64,000 nucleotides of DNA, taken from the NCBI GenBank assembly GCA_963669175.1, contig OY769902.1:1440001-1504000 (forward strand), read 5' to 3'. Numbering within the stretch: position 1 is the stretch's first letter; each line of letters starts with the position of its first letter. The notes beneath the pieces are model-generated. The model was not told where the DNA came from and did not search any database. It worked only from the letters and a program-made list of their open reading frames with translations. This stretch comes from a bacterium (GTDB lineage: Bacteria; Electryoneota; Electryoneia; Electryoneales; Electryoneaceae). Positions 61,348 through 64,000 of this stretch are shown here, one piece after another. The translations under genes and the position numbers were made by a program.

Positions 61348-62192
61348 CAGTTCCACACTCCCGCCAGTATTGCCGCCATGCCGGGCAACATCACCCATTT
61401 TACCAGTTGCTGGGTACGTCGAATATTGACCCGTTCCGGGTAAACAAACGCTCCCCCGGCGAGGAAAGCAAGGGGTAACGCGGTCAACGGCCCGGCAATT
61501 ACCAGGTACACCCAGTTCAACCACCCTGTAAAATGGGGAACAGGAATCCACGCTGCTGTAACCAGCATCACAAGGCCGGCGGTTCTCACTGTGACCCGGC
61601 TCCCCTTGATCATGGCTAATGTGTGATGTCCCGCGGCACGGTCGCCGGTTTCATCTTCGGCGTCTTTGAGCAGCTCACGTGCGAAATGAACCGGAACCGC
61701 CAATGCGAAAGGAAGCAATCCGGAGTTGATGTCTCCTGCTGCCAGCGCTCCGAAAAGGAAAGGTGCTGAAGCAATAATCGCTACGAGTCCATTCCCGACA
61801 ACCGGCCACCCCTTCGCCGCGCCGATGTACAGGTACAGCACAATCGCGGTTCCTAATGCGAATAGCAGACAGGGAATGTTGATCAGGAATGATACTACAA
61901 TTCCGACCACGATCAGGTTGAGCCCGAACAAACGCGCGAAGCCGGGAGTTAATTGTCCTGATGAAACCGGACGGTCGGGTCGGTTGATTTTGTCCTCGGT
62001 GATATCCATGCCATCATTGAGCGCGAATCCACCTGCGGCTATGGCAACGGAAGAGAATATAGCGTAGGTCAACGCTGAAGCATCTACCTGGCCCAGTTTG
62101 ATCCCCACCAGCATACCACCCAGGCTGGTACCCAATAGGGTGAATACGAGGTTTAAAGGGCGGAGTAATCTGAAAATAGAAACTATTTGCAA
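61344..62192 (-). CDS. UbiA-family prenyltransferase, DGGGP-synthase-like (start uncertain)
   Basis: RLLRPLN; NDGMDITEDKINRPDRP; RELLKDAEDETGD. Confidence 0.85.
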   Translation of the reverse strand: MQIVSIFRLLRPLNLVFTLLGTSLGGMLVGIKLGQVDASALTYAIFSSVAIAAGGFALNDGMDITEDKINRPDRPVSSGQLTPGFARLFGLNLIVVGIVVSFLINIPCLLFALGTAIVLYLYIGAAKGWPVVGNGLVAIIASAPFLFGALAAGDINSGLLPFALAVPVHFARELLKDAEDETGDRAAGHHTLAMIKGSRVTVRTAGLVMLVTAAWIPVPHFTGWLNWVYLVIAGPLTALPLAFLAGGAFVYPERVNIRRTQQLVKWVMLPGMAAILAGVWNW

Positions 62193-62364
62193 GGATATCT
62201 CAGCGTTTTTGGAAACCTGTACTTTATGAAAATACAATGAGTGTTTTGCCTGCATTAATATCGGGCTGATTTGTAACGAAATGAAAAATCAGAATAAGGA
62301 GGCAAAAAACCATAATCTGGTTCAACCTACTCTAATATTGTTATTTCAAAAGCCAAACCAGACT

Positions 62365-62495
62365 GAGATACTGGTTTCTAAGAGATACGGCGTCAAAGAG
62401 ATACTGGTGTCTATGAGATACGGTGTCAAAGAGATACAGCGTCTAAGAGATACGGTGTCAAAGAGATACAGCGTCAAAGAGATACTGGTCTCAAA
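62365..62495 (+). repeat. Degenerate 16/17-bp tandem repeat x8
   Basis: GAGATAC(T)(G/A)G(T/C)GTC(A/T)AA units. Confidence 0.9.
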
Positions 62496-62571
62496 GAGAA
62501 GCTGACTACAATAAGCTAATGGCTTTACTTAGCAGGCTTTAGCCTGCTCTTCTTAGCACCCGGCTTTAGCC

Positions 62572-62967
62572 CTGTCTCTTGCTCACATCTTCGTGTTTCT
62601 GCCACCCCAGAGGGGGTGGTATATTTTAGCGTAGGGTTGACGCTGTCTGTTTAGCGTCTACCCTACGAAAAAGATCAAACCTTATCTCAACCCTGGAAGG
62701 GTTGCATAACGTATAATTTACACCCAATTGGTTTGTATAGAATATAAAATGCGTTATTTCCTGTATTTATTGAACGTACTAATATGAATCGCGTATTATG
62801 CAACCCTTCCAGGGTTGATTATTCGTTAGAATACCTGACATAGTGTACAGGCCAAACAGACGGCCTGTACACTATGCTAAAATAGGGAATCCCGCCGGGA
62901 TTCTAAAAATGCTATGTCCACAACTCTTTTACTGATACAGCTTTCAGAAGATGTGGGTAAGAGACAG
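62572..62967. mobile_element. 396-bp MITE with IS50/Tn5-like terminal IRs and 10-bp TSD GGCTTTAGCC
   Basis: CTGTCTCTTGCTCACATCTT ... AAGATGTGGGTAAGAGACAG (18/20); TSD at 62562-62571 and 62968-62977. Confidence 0.85.
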
Positions 62968-63038
62968 GGCTTTAGCCGGGGTGGAAAAGGATGCCCACTC
63001 AGATGAGCGCGCTTTAGCGTGCTTTCCGGTTCAAGGCC

Positions 63039-63470
63039 CTACATCTGCCCGGAATTTTCCAGAATCTCTCTTAGCGTCTTTGTGCGGTGGTGTTCTTTTT
63101 GATTGTGAACATATTCTAAAATAAAATCAAGGTGTTTCTCGGCAAAACTAACCACACCAAATCCACGTTGCCACCTCAATGTGTTTTGGCCAAATCTTTT
63201 ATTTAGTGAGTGCGCTGAAGCCCCTTTCAGTTTCCCTACAAAAGTACTGATCTCAACATGTGGCTCAAGTTGTATCACAAGATGTATATGAGTCGATGTC
63301 CCACCTAATCCCTTGAAATGAACCCCCTTGTTCATTACACAATGGTCTTTAAGGAATTCAAACAAAGGTTCCTCGATTGAAGATGTGATGCATGGCTCGT
63401 CTGCCAGACAATGCCATGTGATATGGAGAAAGATGCGATTGTAAACGTGACTTTGCCCTTTATCTGACAT
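63039..63470 (-). CDS. tnpA: IS200/IS605-family Y1 (HUH) transposase
   Basis: HITW, THIHLVI (HUH), VGKLKGAS, WQRGFGVVSF, YVHNQKEHH (YxxxQ). Confidence 0.93.
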   Translation of the reverse strand: MSDKGQSHVYNRIFLHITWHCLADEPCITSSIEEPLFEFLKDHCVMNKGVHFKGLGGTSTHIHLVIQLEPHVEISTFVGKLKGASAHSLNKRFGQNTLRWQRGFGVVSFAEKHLDFILEYVHNQKEHHRTKTLREILENSGQM

Positions 63471-63594
63471 TGGGTATTCTCCCCGGAAAGCACACTAAAG
63501 CGCGCTGATTATTGTTTTCCATACCCTGACACCCCGGCTAAAGCCAGGTGCTAAAAAGAGCCTGCTGAAGCAGGCTAATCCTCCGCAAGGAGAG

Positions 63595-63842
63595 GATTTA
63601 TCAGTGGTTCTTGTTGTGCTACTCTCAACTACATGATTTATAAGTGGTCTCTATTTGGCTACTCCAACTCAACTACATGATTTATCAGTGGTCTCTATTT
63701 GGCTACTCCAACCAACTACATGATTTATAAGTGGTCCTGATTTAGCTACTCCAACCAACTACATGATTTATCAGTGGTCTCTATTTGGCTACTCCAACCA
63801 ACTACATGATTTATCAGTGGTCTCTATTTGGCTACTCCAACT
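63595..63842 (+). repeat. ~43-bp tandem repeat x6
   Basis: GATTTATCAGTGGTCTCTATTTGGCTACTCCAACCAACTACAT units starting at 63595, 63635, 63679, 63722, 63765 and 63808. Confidence 0.92.
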
Positions 63843-64000
63843 TAAATGCAGGATTGGTCAGCAATATGTGTCTGGCTAGTCCCATCACAAGAACAGAAAT
63901 AACAGCAGTCTGAACTGCTAATTCGGGCTAAAACTCGGACCCATTATTATCAAGAAATTGACAAAGGTTCCTTACCTCGTCAGCACAATCTTTCCCGAGG

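Larger units (their letters stand above)
62530..63578. mobile_element. Solo IS200-type tnpA flanked by inverted arms of GCTTTAGC-core REP hairpins (RAYT/REPtron-like)
   Basis: Left arm 62530-62571 plus 62968-63029 is the approximate reverse complement of right arm 63483-63578. Confidence 0.7.

Noticed and set aside
61348-61551. Long N-terminal extension of Maf in the ORF track
   Set aside because: It overlaps the prenyltransferase gene; Maf homology begins near WTLASASPRR, and a GTGA coupling start exists at 61347.
62281-62505. 74-aa ORF with KEILVSKRYGV repeats
   Set aside because: The 16/17-bp units shift frame, so this is a translation of a non-coding tandem repeat.
62572-62967. Nextera/Tn5 adapter contamination
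   Set aside because: Both ends differ from the mosaic end (3 and 2 mismatches), face inward as TIRs, and are flanked by an exact 10-bp duplication. This fits a genuine element, though raw reads were not checked.
63595-63842. Possible CRISPR or guide array (43-bp period)
   Set aside because: No variable spacers; it is a plain tandem repeat, with no cas or tnpB nearby.

Overview
Bacterial chromosomal DNA of roughly 50% GC. It most likely comes from an uncultured FCB-superphylum organism, inferred from three proteins with T9SS-type C-terminal sorting domains, a DUF4835/PorD-like gene, and chemotaxis genes. There are about 45 CDSs: housekeeping (uvrC, acnA, hisS, trxA, maf, rodZ, feoB, photolyase), signalling (MCP, CheX, response regulator, large PAS hybrid kinase) and many secreted or surface proteins. 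I saw no rRNA, tRNA or CRISPR array. Two signals stand out. (1) The intergenic regions hold a dense, nested set of non-autonomous palindromic elements: at least four REP/REPIN-like families, plus three MITE-like elements with terminal inverted repeats and target-site duplications. Each of the three sits inside a REP motif and itself carries REP hairpins, and one has Tn5/IS50-like ends. A solo IS200-type tnpA is bracketed by inverted REP arms, and some REP halves are amplified into tandem arrays. (2) A tightly linked gene pair encodes a POTRA-less Omp85/BamA-like barrel and a lipoprotein with atypical kinase motifs. Smaller points are a probable CTG start codon, a leaderless repressor promoter, candidate DtxR/MntR boxes and an AT-rich island with a microsatellite. 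All protein calls come from motif recognition by eye, not from database searches.
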